IMG/VR virus record: IMGVR_UViG_3300025087_000039
Span: 62,001 to 125,597 of that record
Reading direction: 5' to 3' (one strand)
DNA from: an uncultured virus (IMG/VR IMGVR_UViG_3300025087_000039)
Taxonomy: Duplodnaviria; Heunggongvirae; Uroviricota; Caudoviricetes
Length of the DNA stretch: 63,597 bases
Under the pieces are notes generated by a model. That model saw nothing but the letters and a program-made list of their open reading frames with translations. It did not search any database and was not told where the DNA came from. This document shows, one piece after another, positions 39,436 to 49,326 of this stretch. Each line of letters starts with the position of its first letter. Position 1 is the stretch's first letter. The position numbers and the translations under genes were made by a program.

Positions 39436-39763
39436 AAATAAATGTTCTTCAGAAAAAGAAGTTGTCACCTTAGTTGTAGATTTAGATCAAGATGATTTTA
39501 TTGGACATACATTAAAAGAAAATATCATAAAAATAAATGAATTAATTAAAAACTTTGGAGAAAATGCGAGAACAGAGTTGGATTATAGTAGACTTATCTT
39601 GAGATATCAACGGTTGGAAACTGATGATGAATTTAAAGAGAGAATGAGGAAAGAAGAGATAATTAAAATGAGATGTAAAAGGGAAAAAGAATTAAAGGAA
39701 GAATACGAACGTAAAGAATATATAAGATTAAGGAAAAAGTTTGAAAAGGATTCGAAAATTTGA
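39422..39763 (+). CDS. 'ETDEEF' paralog family (copy 3)
   Basis: FG..QRLETDDEFKER...YIRLRKKFE. Confidence 0.7.
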   Translation: MGKNKNKCSSEKEVVTLVVDLDQDDFIGHTLKENIIKINELIKNFGENARTELDYSRLILRYQRLETDDEFKERMRKEEIIKMRCKREKELKEEYERKEYIRLRKKFEKDSKI

Positions 39764-40572
39764 AAACATGTGACTTTTGTTTTGAGGAAGAATGTAAGAA
39801 AACAAATACCCCATTTTCTTGTAATTGTGAAACATGTGAAAGGTTCGATACATGTTATAGAATTTTACAACCCACGGTTAGAATGACTTTGAAATGTACT
39901 CAAGAATGTTCACATTGTTGTTATGAGTGTTCTCCTCAAAAAGAAAGTCACATGTCAATTTTAATGTCTGAAAAAATCTCTGAATTTTTGAAAAAATATG
40001 AAATATCAACTGTGAATTTAATGGGTGGTGAATTTTCTTGTAATCCAAATTGGTTAGAAATAATTAGAAATATCACTATGAACACAAATGTTCGTTTAGT
40101 TACCAATGGAGATTTTGGAGAAGATATTATTGATAAACTTCAAGAATTTAAAACAAATTTAAGAATAGCCGTTTCTAAAGATAGGTGGCATTCAAATAAA
40201 AATGTTAAAAGAGCTGAGAAACTTTTAAAAAAATATAAATTTAATTATAGAATTACGACTGAAGAAGAAGGAAGCTCAAACTCAATTGTTCCCATCGGAA
40301 GATCATTTTTCTTCCTTGAAGGGCCATATTCTCAATTTAGTTGTTATTGTCGAAATCCAATAAGAAAGTATAGTTTTTTAATTGATGAAAAAGGAATAAT
40401 TTTTAAATGTCCTTTTGGATTATGGGAGATTGATGATATAGAAAATGATATAAAGGAAAATAGTTTTCTTGAAAGTTTTAAAGATTTTAATAAAAAATTT
40501 CATTCTTGTTTTATTCCTAATTGCTATAGATGTGTCATGATAACTAAGTTTAGGGGAAAAAAAGATGTCTGA
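39760..40572 (+). CDS. radical SAM protein with N-terminal Cys-rich region
   Basis: CTQECSHC, MGGEF, VTNG, C-terminal C..KCP..CYRC; N-term CDFC..C..CNCETC. Confidence 0.88.
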   Translation: MKTCDFCFEEECKKTNTPFSCNCETCERFDTCYRILQPTVRMTLKCTQECSHCCYECSPQKESHMSILMSEKISEFLKKYEISTVNLMGGEFSCNPNWLEIIRNITMNTNVRLVTNGDFGEDIIDKLQEFKTNLRIAVSKDRWHSNKNVKRAEKLLKKYKFNYRITTEEEGSSNSIVPIGRSFFFLEGPYSQFSCYCRNPIRKYSFLIDEKGIIFKCPFGLWEIDDIENDIKENSFLESFKDFNKKFHSCFIPNCYRCVMITKFRGKKDV

Positions 40573-40906
40573 AAGATTGATGGTAGAAAGAAGAGTTGAT
40601 GTTTCAATGGAAGATTTTGAAGAAGAATATAGAGTTTTATCATTAAAAAATTTATTAGCATATGTCAATAATTTAATTGATAGATTTGGAATTGATTATC
40701 TTTTAGAAACAGATGATGATCCTGAAAAAGAACGAAACTATCGAATAACATTTAAAAGTTTAGAAACGGATCTGGAATTTGAACGTAGAAAAAAACGTGA
40801 AGCTGAATTTGAAAAAAGAACAAAAGAAAGTGAAGATAGGGTTAAAAAAGTTCAATATGAATTATATTTAAATTTAAAGAAAAAGTTTGAGGGAGAGAAT
40901 GGATGA
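40565..40906 (+). CDS. 'ETDEEF' paralog family (copy 4)
   Basis: FG..KSLETDLEFERR...YLNLKKKFE. Confidence 0.7.
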   Translation: MSERLMVERRVDVSMEDFEEEYRVLSLKNLLAYVNNLIDRFGIDYLLETDDDPEKERNYRITFKSLETDLEFERRKKREAEFEKRTKESEDRVKKVQYELYLNLKKKFEGENG

Positions 40907-41349
40907 AAAGGATTTTGAAATTTTTTATATTTCATATTCAATCAGATTGGCTTAATTATAAGGTTAATAATCTTTATTTTAAACATCCGAATTTATTCTA
41001 TTTCTTTCATTATCTGATTGTTTTTCTTACAAATATACTTTGTTATTTGTCTGGGTATAGAAATAGAAAAAATATTATTTTTCCAGGAATGATTTATTTA
41101 GCTTGTAATAGCCACCCAACTATTTGTACTGAAACAGACGGTTTTGTTATTTGTGGAATATCTTTGATAGATGGGGTCAAACACATAGGAAGTGTCGATC
41201 AATGTTCCAGAGGAAAATTAAATATCAATGATGTTATTTTTATTAGATTAAATTGGAAAGAAAAATATAAAGAAAGTGCAGATTATATGATTAAAAATGG
41301 ATGGTGGGATGAAGAATATAGATATAAATATGATAACTTTGAACCTTAG
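40903..41349 (+). CDS. hypothetical protein
   Basis: 148 aa coupled ORF. Confidence 0.6.
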   Translation: MKRILKFFIFHIQSDWLNYKVNNLYFKHPNLFYFFHYLIVFLTNILCYLSGYRNRKNIIFPGMIYLACNSHPTICTETDGFVICGISLIDGVKHIGSVDQCSRGKLNINDVIFIRLNWKEKYKESADYMIKNGWWDEEYRYKYDNFEP

Positions 41350-41358
41350 GAGAAGAAG

Positions 41359-41622
41359 ATGAATCTTGAAGAAAGGATCATAAATTTAGAAAAAATTGTT
41401 GGAGGAGTTCCTGGAACGATCTTACAAAAAAATTTGAAAGAAATAGAATATACTGGAAGCGAATGGACATTGGGTATTGGAAAATCATCATGTCCAAAAA
41501 TATTTTTTAAGGGAGACACAATTGAAGAATGTGTTCAGAAGGCTGAAAAATTATTAATAAATAAAAATATACCTTTTGAAGAAGTGCTTGAGTTATTTTT
41601 AAGTGGAGAATTTAATGGATGA
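41359..41622 (+). CDS. hypothetical protein
   Basis: AGGAG RBS, 87 aa. Confidence 0.6.
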   Translation: MNLEERIINLEKIVGGVPGTILQKNLKEIEYTGSEWTLGIGKSSCPKIFFKGDTIEECVQKAEKLLINKNIPFEEVLELFLSGEFNG

Positions 41623-41839
41623 AAAGCAATGTAAAACATGTTCTATATTTAAAAGAGGTAGATACATAAATATGAATACTGAAAAAGATGAAGGCCCAAG
41701 ATCTGATGGACATTGTGAATTACTTTTAAAACTTCTACAGATAGAAAATTATAGTTTAATTTCTTTAGAAAAAATTTATATTCAAGATACATTTAGGTGT
41801 GTATTTCATAAAGAGAAGGAAGAAATAATTGAAAAATAA
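41615..41839 (+). CDS. small Cys-containing hypothetical protein
   Basis: CKTC..GHC..RC; ATG at 41615 with GGAG RBS. Confidence 0.55.
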   Translation: MDEKQCKTCSIFKRGRYINMNTEKDEGPRSDGHCELLLKLLQIENYSLISLEKIYIQDTFRCVFHKEKEEIIEK

Positions 41840-41913
41840 AATTATTATATCAAATTTAAAAAGGATAAAAACTCTTTTAGAATGTCGTGATTTGAAAGGG
41901 GATAATATAAAAG

Positions 41914-42243
41914 ATGGGTTATAATTCTTGTATCTTAGTTTTAAATGATGCTTTGAATGAAATAAAAGAAGATAAAGATTTTGGAGAAAAGGTATATCAT
42001 GCAGTTTTAAAATTATCAGTTTTGAAAGAAAAAATTGTTGACATTCCTTCTGGAATTTTTATAAATGCGGCTTCAGCGATATCTTCTGAACATGCTGATG
42101 TAACACAGATAATTTCTATTGGTGGAAACATGGGGCAAACAATTGCAAATTTATATTATACCCCATCAAATAATAAAATTAAAATTTTAAAACAACTTGC
42201 TGATCAACACGGATATGAAATTAGGAAAAAGAAACGAAGTTAG
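41914..42243 (+). CDS. hypothetical protein
   Basis: 109 aa ORF with purine-rich RBS. Confidence 0.6.
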   Translation: MGYNSCILVLNDALNEIKEDKDFGEKVYHAVLKLSVLKEKIVDIPSGIFINAASAISSEHADVTQIISIGGNMGQTIANLYYTPSNNKIKILKQLADQHGYEIRKKKRS

Positions 42244-42269
42244 ATGGAGAATTTTTCTTCCTTTTAATC

Positions 42270-42665
42270 ATGGGGCATTTATTCGGAGATTATCTTTTTC
42301 AAACAAATAAGATGGCTTTTTTTAAAAAGAAAAAGATAGAATATTTACTTTTACATTGTTGGATATATTCTATATCAGTTTTAATTTTTGTAAGTCCATA
42401 TTATAAATCTCATAATGGACTTATATTTCTATTTTTAATTTTTATTTCTCATGCAATTTTAGATGGGACGAATTTTATTGAGTGGTATCTTTCAAAAATT
42501 AAAAGTCGATCATGGAAAACCATTAAAGATAATCCTTTAAATTTAGAAAAATATCATACTGAAATAAACATATCATTTGTTTCTTTGGTTCAAACAATTG
42601 CAGATAACACAATCCATTTATTTCTCATGTATTTGATCTTTAAATATTCATATTTATTCTTTTGA
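42270..42665 (+). CDS. DUF3307-like membrane protein
   Basis: HLFGDYLFQT, LLLH, SHAILD, DNTIH with hydrophobic helices. Confidence 0.75.
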   Translation: MGHLFGDYLFQTNKMAFFKKKKIEYLLLHCWIYSISVLIFVSPYYKSHNGLIFLFLIFISHAILDGTNFIEWYLSKIKSRSWKTIKDNPLNLEKYHTEINISFVSLVQTIADNTIHLFLMYLIFKYSYLFF

Positions 42666-43073
42666 GATTATGGACTTTTCACCCATCATATCTAGATAAA
42701 AAAGGTTTGCAAGGTTTGTGGTATGACTCAATTGTAGTCCAGGGAATTTTAAAAAAAATTAATAAATGGTGAAGGACATTGTTGTAAAAATCATCCTTGT
42801 GTTAAATCCTTCTTAACTACGGAGTTTCCTCTAAAAACTTTATCAACATATATGCAGGATATAATTTTGGAAGGAGAAAAGTTCAATATAAATTTTGATA
42901 GAAAAAAGATTTTAGAAAATGGATTAAATTTAAAATTGTTTGTTAATAAAAATATAACTCAAGAAGAAATTTCAATTTTAATGGAAAGATTAAAAACTCG
43001 TTCTCCAGAAATTTATAATCAAAACTCTATAAAATTAAAAGAAGAAATACTATTAAATAGTTTGTATATTTAA
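42662..43073 (+). pseudogene. pyrimidine dimer DNA glycosylase/endonuclease V family gene with a +1 frameshift
   Basis: TTG at 42662 reads MRLWTFHPSYLDKKGLQGLW (family N-terminus); removing one A from the A8 run at 42751-42758 joins it to KNHP..YMQDIILEG..FDRKKI..RLKTRSP of ORF 42852..43073. Confidence 0.75.
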
Positions 43074-43143
43074 TCCAACATCTATATGAATTTAGGTTTC
43101 CCTCTTCTTTAGAACATAAAAGATCTTTGAAAAAGGAAAAAAG

Positions 43144-44250
43144 ATGACCGAGAAAAAGAAAGTTTCAATGGCGCTTCTTTCTATCCTTGAAAACCCAATG
43201 GTTCTTGACATTATTAATAGAGAAAAAGATGTTATGGATTTAATTCCAGAGGTATTAAATTTTTGGAAATACGATTTAATGAATCGAAAACCTTCTCCAG
43301 CCTATAATGACGGAAATACTTTTCAAAGTACTGATTTAGATTTGGCGACATTTCTTTATTCTCTATCAGGACGTTCCGCAATTATCAATCTTCCAGTTTA
43401 TAAAAGTAGAACCGCTAAAACCATTAACGAAGAACAAATGATTGTTTCTTCGAAAAATCGACATGGAAAATTAGTTGGCGTTATGTCAAATAAAGAAACA
43501 TTTGCATTTTCAGTTAGAGTCATTGATATGAATGTCATGACAACTGATAAAGTCGGGTTTCCCAGAAATTTCAACATCACAGATCCTTCTGGAGAATTTT
43601 ATGATGGGTGGCATGAAATTCAATTTCTGCCAAATAATGATGAAAATAAATTTCTTCAAGAAACCCAAATTTTGACAGAGAACAAAATTATCTTTAAAAA
43701 CTTTGTTCACCCAAATAGATGGATTAGTTTTTATGGTCAATATTATTTCATTACAAAAATTTTAGAGAAGAGACTCACAGAAGAATGTCAAAATATTTTT
43801 GAACAGATTAAAGAGATGAAGAAAAAAATTCCTTTAACTTCCTCTGATAAAGATTTTACTCCATCGCCTAAAAAAGATACCTCAGATTTAGTATCAAATA
43901 AAGTTCAGTGTTTTGAATGCGATATTGATATAGATTTTTCAGGAGATTTTAAGAAATATGATATAACGAAAGAAATTATGCTTGATCTAATTGATAAAAG
44001 AAATTATTATTTGTATACAGCCCTTCCATTGCTTAGATTTAATACAAGACTTACAGAATTTGCATTCTATAAATATGGAGAGGGAAAATTTCCATCCTGG
44101 TTGAAAAATGTTAAATGGGAAGAAGGTTATCGAGAAAAAGGAAAGAGGACTGATTGGGAAAGATTAGTTCTTTTTCAACCAAAGCCATTTCAACCAGGAA
44201 TTGCAATTAGAAAAAGAACTTTTGAAAGGACAATTCAAGAGAGGGAATAG
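43144..44250 (+). CDS. hypothetical protein
   Basis: 368 aa ORF with AAGGA RBS, no recognised motif. Confidence 0.75.
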   Translation: MTEKKKVSMALLSILENPMVLDIINREKDVMDLIPEVLNFWKYDLMNRKPSPAYNDGNTFQSTDLDLATFLYSLSGRSAIINLPVYKSRTAKTINEEQMIVSSKNRHGKLVGVMSNKETFAFSVRVIDMNVMTTDKVGFPRNFNITDPSGEFYDGWHEIQFLPNNDENKFLQETQILTENKIIFKNFVHPNRWISFYGQYYFITKILEKRLTEECQNIFEQIKEMKKKIPLTSSDKDFTPSPKKDTSDLVSNKVQCFECDIDIDFSGDFKKYDITKEIMLDLIDKRNYYLYTALPLLRFNTRLTEFAFYKYGEGKFPSWLKNVKWEEGYREKGKRTDWERLVLFQPKPFQPGIAIRKRTFERTIQERE

Positions 44251-44882
44251 TGTTAGAAAAATATCCAAAAACATTTCATCTTCCATGGAGTCCCGGGAAA
44301 ACAAAAGATGATAGGACTCTTTTTGATTTAGAAAATTTTAAAAACAAAATTGTAGTGATGACTGAAAAAATGGATGGTGAAAATACATCCATGACTAGAG
44401 AGAAAATTTGGCACAGAAGTTTAGATTCATTTTCTGGACATTTTTCAAGACATTATGTAAATAGAATTCATGGAAATATTAAATCTTTAATTCCAGAAAA
44501 TATAAGAATATGTGGTGAGAATCTTCATTATCAAAAAAGTATAAAATATGATAACTTAAAAGATTTCTTTTTAGTGTTTTCGATTTGGGAAAATAATATA
44601 TGTTTAAGTTTGGATGATACAAAAAGACTATGTAGTTATTTTGGTTTAACTTTTGTTCCAATTTTTAAAATATTTTTATGGGATGAAGAAGAAATATTAC
44701 ATGTTCAAAATGATTTAAATTTTGAAAAAACTGAAGGGTATGTCATAAGATTATTTGACTCTTTTAAATTTGAAGATTTTAATAAATCAGTTGTTAAATA
44801 TGTTAGGAAACATCATGTTCAAACTGATGAGCATTGGATGAATAATAAGAATCTAAAAAAGAACCTTTTAGAAAAAATCTAA
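44250..44882 (+). CDS. RNA ligase family protein (short Rnl2-like)
   Basis: KYPKTFHLPWSPG, TEKMDGEN, CGENL, EGYVIR, KYVR. Confidence 0.88.
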   Translation: MLEKYPKTFHLPWSPGKTKDDRTLFDLENFKNKIVVMTEKMDGENTSMTREKIWHRSLDSFSGHFSRHYVNRIHGNIKSLIPENIRICGENLHYQKSIKYDNLKDFFLVFSIWENNICLSLDDTKRLCSYFGLTFVPIFKIFLWDEEEILHVQNDLNFEKTEGYVIRLFDSFKFEDFNKSVVKYVRKHHVQTDEHWMNNKNLKKNLLEKI

Positions 44883-44898
44883 AAAGAAAGATCTTTGG

Positions 44899-45570
44899 AT
44901 GCCCGATCCATTTCGGATTTTTTCTGTTTTTTGCCCTTGCTGCAATAAAAGATTTCAAGTCAAAGGAGATAAATTTTGGCCAAGCCGAAATATGAATTTT
45001 TTAATTTGTAAACGTTGTTATGAAACTGTTGAAGAGGGATCAGTTTTTGTAGTTAATGAAAAAGAAATTAAAATTATTAAATGTCCAAAATGTAATATAA
45101 AAAGAGGAGTCTCATTAAATGAATTTAATATTAAAAAAGAAAGATATATTAAGGGAGAAATTATTTGTATTTCTTGTAGAAGGATTGAGAATTCAACAGG
45201 AATCAAAACAAGAAGTGATAATAATTTAAAACCTTTTTCTTTGAAATGTTCTAATTGTCAAGAATCTAGAATGGTTTCATCTCCAATTTATCAAAAGTCT
45301 CAAGTGGAAATTTTAGAAAAATATAACATTTGTTTTAAATGTGTAAAAGCTATTAAAGAAAATCCTTATTTTGAAAAACAACAAATTAAAAATGGGAAGT
45401 GTATTTTGATTTCAGGAAAAGTCGAAGATCGTTGTTCTAACTTTTTAAAATCTGGAAAAAATCAATATGAAAAAGATTGTGAATATTATGATTCTTGTTT
45501 AACTTTAGCAGGAAAATTAAATTGGCCAGGATTTAAAAATATTGTTATTGAAGATATAAAAAATGTCTAA
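44899..45570 (+). CDS. multi-CxxC zinc-ribbon protein
   Basis: CPCC, CKRC, CPKC, CISC, CSNC, CFKC plus C-terminal Cys cluster. Confidence 0.65.
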   Translation: MPDPFRIFSVFCPCCNKRFQVKGDKFWPSRNMNFLICKRCYETVEEGSVFVVNEKEIKIIKCPKCNIKRGVSLNEFNIKKERYIKGEIICISCRRIENSTGIKTRSDNNLKPFSLKCSNCQESRMVSSPIYQKSQVEILEKYNICFKCVKAIKENPYFEKQQIKNGKCILISGKVEDRCSNFLKSGKNQYEKDCEYYDSCLTLAGKLNWPGFKNIVIEDIKNV

Positions 45571-45820
45571 TATATTTCATGTATATAAAGACACCAAATT
45601 AAATATTATGATAAAAATTCCACCTGATTCTGAATTGTGTTCATTTTTAGAATTAGGACTAGGTTATCCAAAATTTTATAGGAGAGATGTTTCAAAGGAA
45701 ATTGAAGATTTCACATTTGTTAAAAGAGTATTGAGCACAGAAAAAGACGATAATATTTTATCATTATCTGAATACTTTTCACTGAGAGACAACAATAAAA
45801 AACGGAGAGAGAAAAAATGA
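45563..45820 (+). CDS. hypothetical protein
   Basis: 85 aa coupled ORF. Confidence 0.55.
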   Translation: MSNIFHVYKDTKLNIMIKIPPDSELCSFLELGLGYPKFYRRDVSKEIEDFTFVKRVLSTEKDDNILSLSEYFSLRDNNKKRREKK

Positions 45821-46587
45821 ATTTAGCAGATCTTGTGAAGAATGAGAATCCAGACAATATGGTAAATCAATCTAAAGAATCAATTGAACAGACAGAAAAA
45901 AATCCTGTCGAAGAAAAAAAAGAAATTAGTCAAACGACAAATAATTTTTCTGCGCCAATTATAGATTTTTCATCTTGGTTTTTAAAATATAGTAAACAAC
46001 TTCCAAATATTAATCATTCTCAAATTGACATTAGGGGCATTGACCCTATGGAAACTATGGTGTGTTCATACCTTGATCCAAAAGGTGGGGAATTCAAAGG
46101 AAATCCAAAGAAATTGATTAAGGTTATTACTAGGGCAAATACCACACCGGTTTTGTCCCTACCTCCTGTTGGAATGAAAATTTTTAATAATGGATTTTTT
46201 ATTCTTTATGGAATAAATGAAAAACTTTTTATTAAAACGTATGGAACAAAAACTGGCCTTTTTTATCGTTTATGTGGCATCACTGAAGATGGGTGTGTAC
46301 CGTTTCCCATTGGAAATAAAATCAAAAGAAAAGATATCGGCAAAGCTTCAATTTCTATTCCAATCGAGAATATTGAAGCGATTCAATCTCAAATGAATAA
46401 ACCTGTAAATATGGAAGATATCGTTTTACTTTACCCCCAGATTTCAAAAACAAATATTGAATTTAAAACTTTGGGTGAAGTGGTTAAATGGTTTAATGAA
46501 AGACTTACAAATATTTTTGACGTTAATCATTATATTCAGATTGATGAAGTTTTGTTAAATTTGTTTTTTAATGTTGAAAAAAGTTAA
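45817..46587 (+). CDS. hypothetical protein
   Basis: 256 aa ORF followed by hairpin. Confidence 0.7.
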   Translation: MNLADLVKNENPDNMVNQSKESIEQTEKNPVEEKKEISQTTNNFSAPIIDFSSWFLKYSKQLPNINHSQIDIRGIDPMETMVCSYLDPKGGEFKGNPKKLIKVITRANTTPVLSLPPVGMKIFNNGFFILYGINEKLFIKTYGTKTGLFYRLCGITEDGCVPFPIGNKIKRKDIGKASISIPIENIEAIQSQMNKPVNMEDIVLLYPQISKTNIEFKTLGEVVKWFNERLTNIFDVNHYIQIDEVLLNLFFNVEKS

Positions 46588-46621
46588 GCGAATATGAACA
46601 ACTAAACCCGTAAACGATAAA

Positions 46622-46659
46622 AGGGGGTTGGGAGAAAACTAAATTTCTCCCAACCCCCT
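46622..46659 (+). terminator. strong hairpin (16 bp stem), no U-tail
   Basis: AGGGGGTTGGGAGAAA-ACTAAA-TTTCTCCCAACCCCCT. Confidence 0.6.
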
Positions 46660-46680
46660 AGAATTGAAGGGAGAAAAATA

Positions 46681-47643
46681 ATGAAAGAAAAAAAAGATGA
46701 TTATAAAAAAATTGATTACAGAGGAAAAAATGTTTTAATTTTTGGAGACTTAATGTTAGATTATTATATTTGGGGAAATGTTGAAAGAATTTCCCCAGAA
46801 GCTCCAGTTCCAATTGTCGAAGTGGTTGACAAATCTTATAATCTTGGTGGGTGTGGAAATGTTGCAAATAATATTTCTTCATTGGGTGGAAATGCTTTTT
46901 TATGTAGTATTATTGGAGATGATAAATCATCAAGAAAAATTTTAGAGATTTGTGAAAGAAATAATATTAATACAGATGGAGTTTTAAGAACTAAAGAAAG
47001 AAAAACAACGACTAAAGTTAGAATTATGTCAAATAGACAACAACTTTTAAGAATTGATGAAGAAATAAAAACTATAGTGTCTGATAGTCAAATAAAAAAT
47101 TTTAAAGATATTATTGAAAAAATAAATGTAGAAATTCATGTCATATTAATTTCTGATTATTTAAAAGGAGTTGTTGAAAGTTCAATTATAAATTATCTTT
47201 CTAATAAGTTTAAAGACTCTTATATTTTGGTTGATCCAAAAGGAACTGATTATAAGAAATATGGAAAAGTTTATGCAATTACACCAAATTTAAAAGAAGC
47301 AAAAGAGTTTTCTAAAAAAGAAAAATTATCAGAGATGGGAAAATATATTTTAAATGAAGCAGATGTTCAAAATGTAATAATAACCAGAGGAAAAAATGGT
47401 ATGTCATTATATGGAAAAACTTATGAAAAACAGTTTCCAGCAAAAAGGCCAAGACAAGTTTTTGATGTATGCGGGGCTGGGGATACAGTTCTAGCCACAC
47501 TTGGTTTAGAGATATCCAAACAAAGTGAAATTTTTCAAGCGATAAAAATTGCAAATATTGCAGGAGGGATTGTAGTTGGAAAAATTGGAACTAGCTTTGT
47601 AACCCCTTTAGAAATAGAACGTGTCTTGAATGAAAATAAATGA
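46681..47643 (+). CDS. rfaE1: D-glycero-D-manno-heptose-7-phosphate kinase (RfaE/HldE kinase domain, PfkB family)
   Basis: GDLMLDYY.WG.VERISPEAPVP, GGCGNVA, SDYLKG, VDPKG, TPN, TRG, DVCGAGD. Confidence 0.9.
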   Translation: MKEKKDDYKKIDYRGKNVLIFGDLMLDYYIWGNVERISPEAPVPIVEVVDKSYNLGGCGNVANNISSLGGNAFLCSIIGDDKSSRKILEICERNNINTDGVLRTKERKTTTKVRIMSNRQQLLRIDEEIKTIVSDSQIKNFKDIIEKINVEIHVILISDYLKGVVESSIINYLSNKFKDSYILVDPKGTDYKKYGKVYAITPNLKEAKEFSKKEKLSEMGKYILNEADVQNVIITRGKNGMSLYGKTYEKQFPAKRPRQVFDVCGAGDTVLATLGLEISKQSEIFQAIKIANIAGGIVVGKIGTSFVTPLEIERVLNENK

Positions 47644-48361
47644 ATCGGTTTCATATTATTTAAATAATGTTTATTCTTATGACATAAGATCTTGTCATTA
47701 TTCTATTTTAAAAAATTTATGTACAGATTTATCTAATATAAATGAGAATGATAAAGAACAAAGAAATATTGAAATCGGTAAAAAAATGAGGGATAATCCT
47801 AAACTTATTAAATTACTTAGAAATACGACAGAAAAAATTATAGACGAATATATAAGAATAAATAATATTGATAATTCAGAAATCGTAATAAGACAATATG
47901 ATGGTTTGTTATTAACAAAAAAATTAAACAGAGAAAAAATAGATTTATTTTTACCATTAGAATTACAAAATATTTTTGATAAATTCTTGATTTCGATAAA
48001 TAGAAATATGTATATATCTTTTGATAGTCAAAAAAACAAACTTAAAATAAAAGGAGTTTCACATCAATATGAAAGAATGAATTATCTATATGAAAAAATA
48101 ATAAAACTAAATTTTGCTGAAAGGGGTTCAATTTTTAAAGGGTTACAAAAAATAAAAAATTATTTATTTGAATGCGATGATATAGAATTATTTTGCATTC
48201 CATTTGAAGATAAATATAGTATTCTCCTTAAAGAATATGGAGAAGTTTATCTAAACGAAAATTCTTTTAAATTGATTGATATAAATGAGGTTGACAAACA
48301 AAAATATTTTGATATTTATATATTACCTTTTTCAAAAAGTATTGTTTGGCAATTTTCTTAA
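47630..48361 (+). CDS. hypothetical protein, possible divergent DNA polymerase palm-like fragment
   Basis: YSYDIRSCHYSI (motif A-like), IRQYDGLL (motif C-like), LKIKGV. Confidence 0.4.
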   Translation: MKINESVSYYLNNVYSYDIRSCHYSILKNLCTDLSNINENDKEQRNIEIGKKMRDNPKLIKLLRNTTEKIIDEYIRINNIDNSEIVIRQYDGLLLTKKLNREKIDLFLPLELQNIFDKFLISINRNMYISFDSQKNKLKIKGVSHQYERMNYLYEKIIKLNFAERGSIFKGLQKIKNYLFECDDIELFCIPFEDKYSILLKEYGEVYLNENSFKLIDINEVDKQKYFDIYILPFSKSIVWQFS

Positions 48362-48413
48362 AAAAGAAAACTAAAAAATAGTTTTAAAACGGAGTAGAAA
48401 GGATAAAAAGCAA

Positions 48414-48668
48414 ATGAGTGAAGATCGTTGTAAAATCAAAGTTTCTGGTTTTTCTTTTCCAATGCTTTGTCCTCCTAATTGCAAATATTTCAAAATTTTG
48501 AATGACTGTGAAATTTGTTCTAAATGTCCTGTTCGTTTATGTTCAGTGGCATTAAATCCTTTAAGAAGAATGGGAACAGTTCATCCAAATATTTATCGAA
48601 AAGATTGGGCGGAAGAATGGCATAAGTTTTTCACTGGAATTATTGAAGAGCCAAATCTCGAGGAATAG
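48414..48668 (+). CDS. Cys-rich hypothetical protein
   Basis: CPPNC..CEICSKCP..C. Confidence 0.55.
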   Translation: MSEDRCKIKVSGFSFPMLCPPNCKYFKILNDCEICSKCPVRLCSVALNPLRRMGTVHPNIYRKDWAEEWHKFFTGIIEEPNLEE

Positions 48669-48677
48669 GAATATAGA

Positions 48678-48980
48678 ATGAAAGTCATCCCGACTTATGG
48701 GGAAGAACAAGTTATTTTTGCTGATCAATGTGATGATGAAAAATGGTTTATAGCTAGAAGAGACGATGAAAGTGGATTTTTGATCAAAACTAATGATAAT
48801 ATTTATTCATTTATTTCTTTGGAAACAAGAACTGAATTATTAGGGATTGAACCATCTGAGGATCTTAAGGAGTTTTTAGAGGAAGCAATTAAAAAAGGTT
48901 ATGAGGTTGAAATGTTCAACTCACTTATGGATTTTAAAAATTGGATTTATGAAACATTTATCAAAACTGAAATAAAGTGA
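48678..48980 (+). CDS. hypothetical protein
   Basis: 100 aa ORF, AGGA RBS. Confidence 0.6.
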   Translation: MKVIPTYGEEQVIFADQCDDEKWFIARRDDESGFLIKTNDNIYSFISLETRTELLGIEPSEDLKEFLEEAIKKGYEVEMFNSLMDFKNWIYETFIKTEIK

Positions 48981-49026
48981 GTATTTTTCTTGAATCTCAA
49001 AGATTAAAAGAAAGGAATCAATTTTT

Positions 49027-49326
49027 ATGACTCTTCTAGAAATGAAAGAAATAATTGAAGATCTTATTGATAAAGGTTTTGGAGAACGACAAGTTATTTT
49101 ACGAGGAAATATAATGCATGGTGCATTTGCTGGAGTTTTTACCTCAGAAGATTATGATGGAAACAATGAAGAAGATTTTGAAAAAGAAATTATTGAGCAT
49201 GGGGCAACTTGTCATAATGTACCTGGTATAATTTATATAGATTCTTCTTGGGATGAAAGAAATTATATTGAAGAAAAATGGGATGAAATAAATAGAAAGT
49301 TTCATCCAGAGGAATATAATGATTGA
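49027..49326 (+). CDS. hypothetical acidic protein
   Basis: 99 aa ORF. Confidence 0.6.
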   Translation: MTLLEMKEIIEDLIDKGFGERQVILRGNIMHGAFAGVFTSEDYDGNNEEDFEKEIIEHGATCHNVPGIIYIDSSWDERNYIEEKWDEINRKFHPEEYND

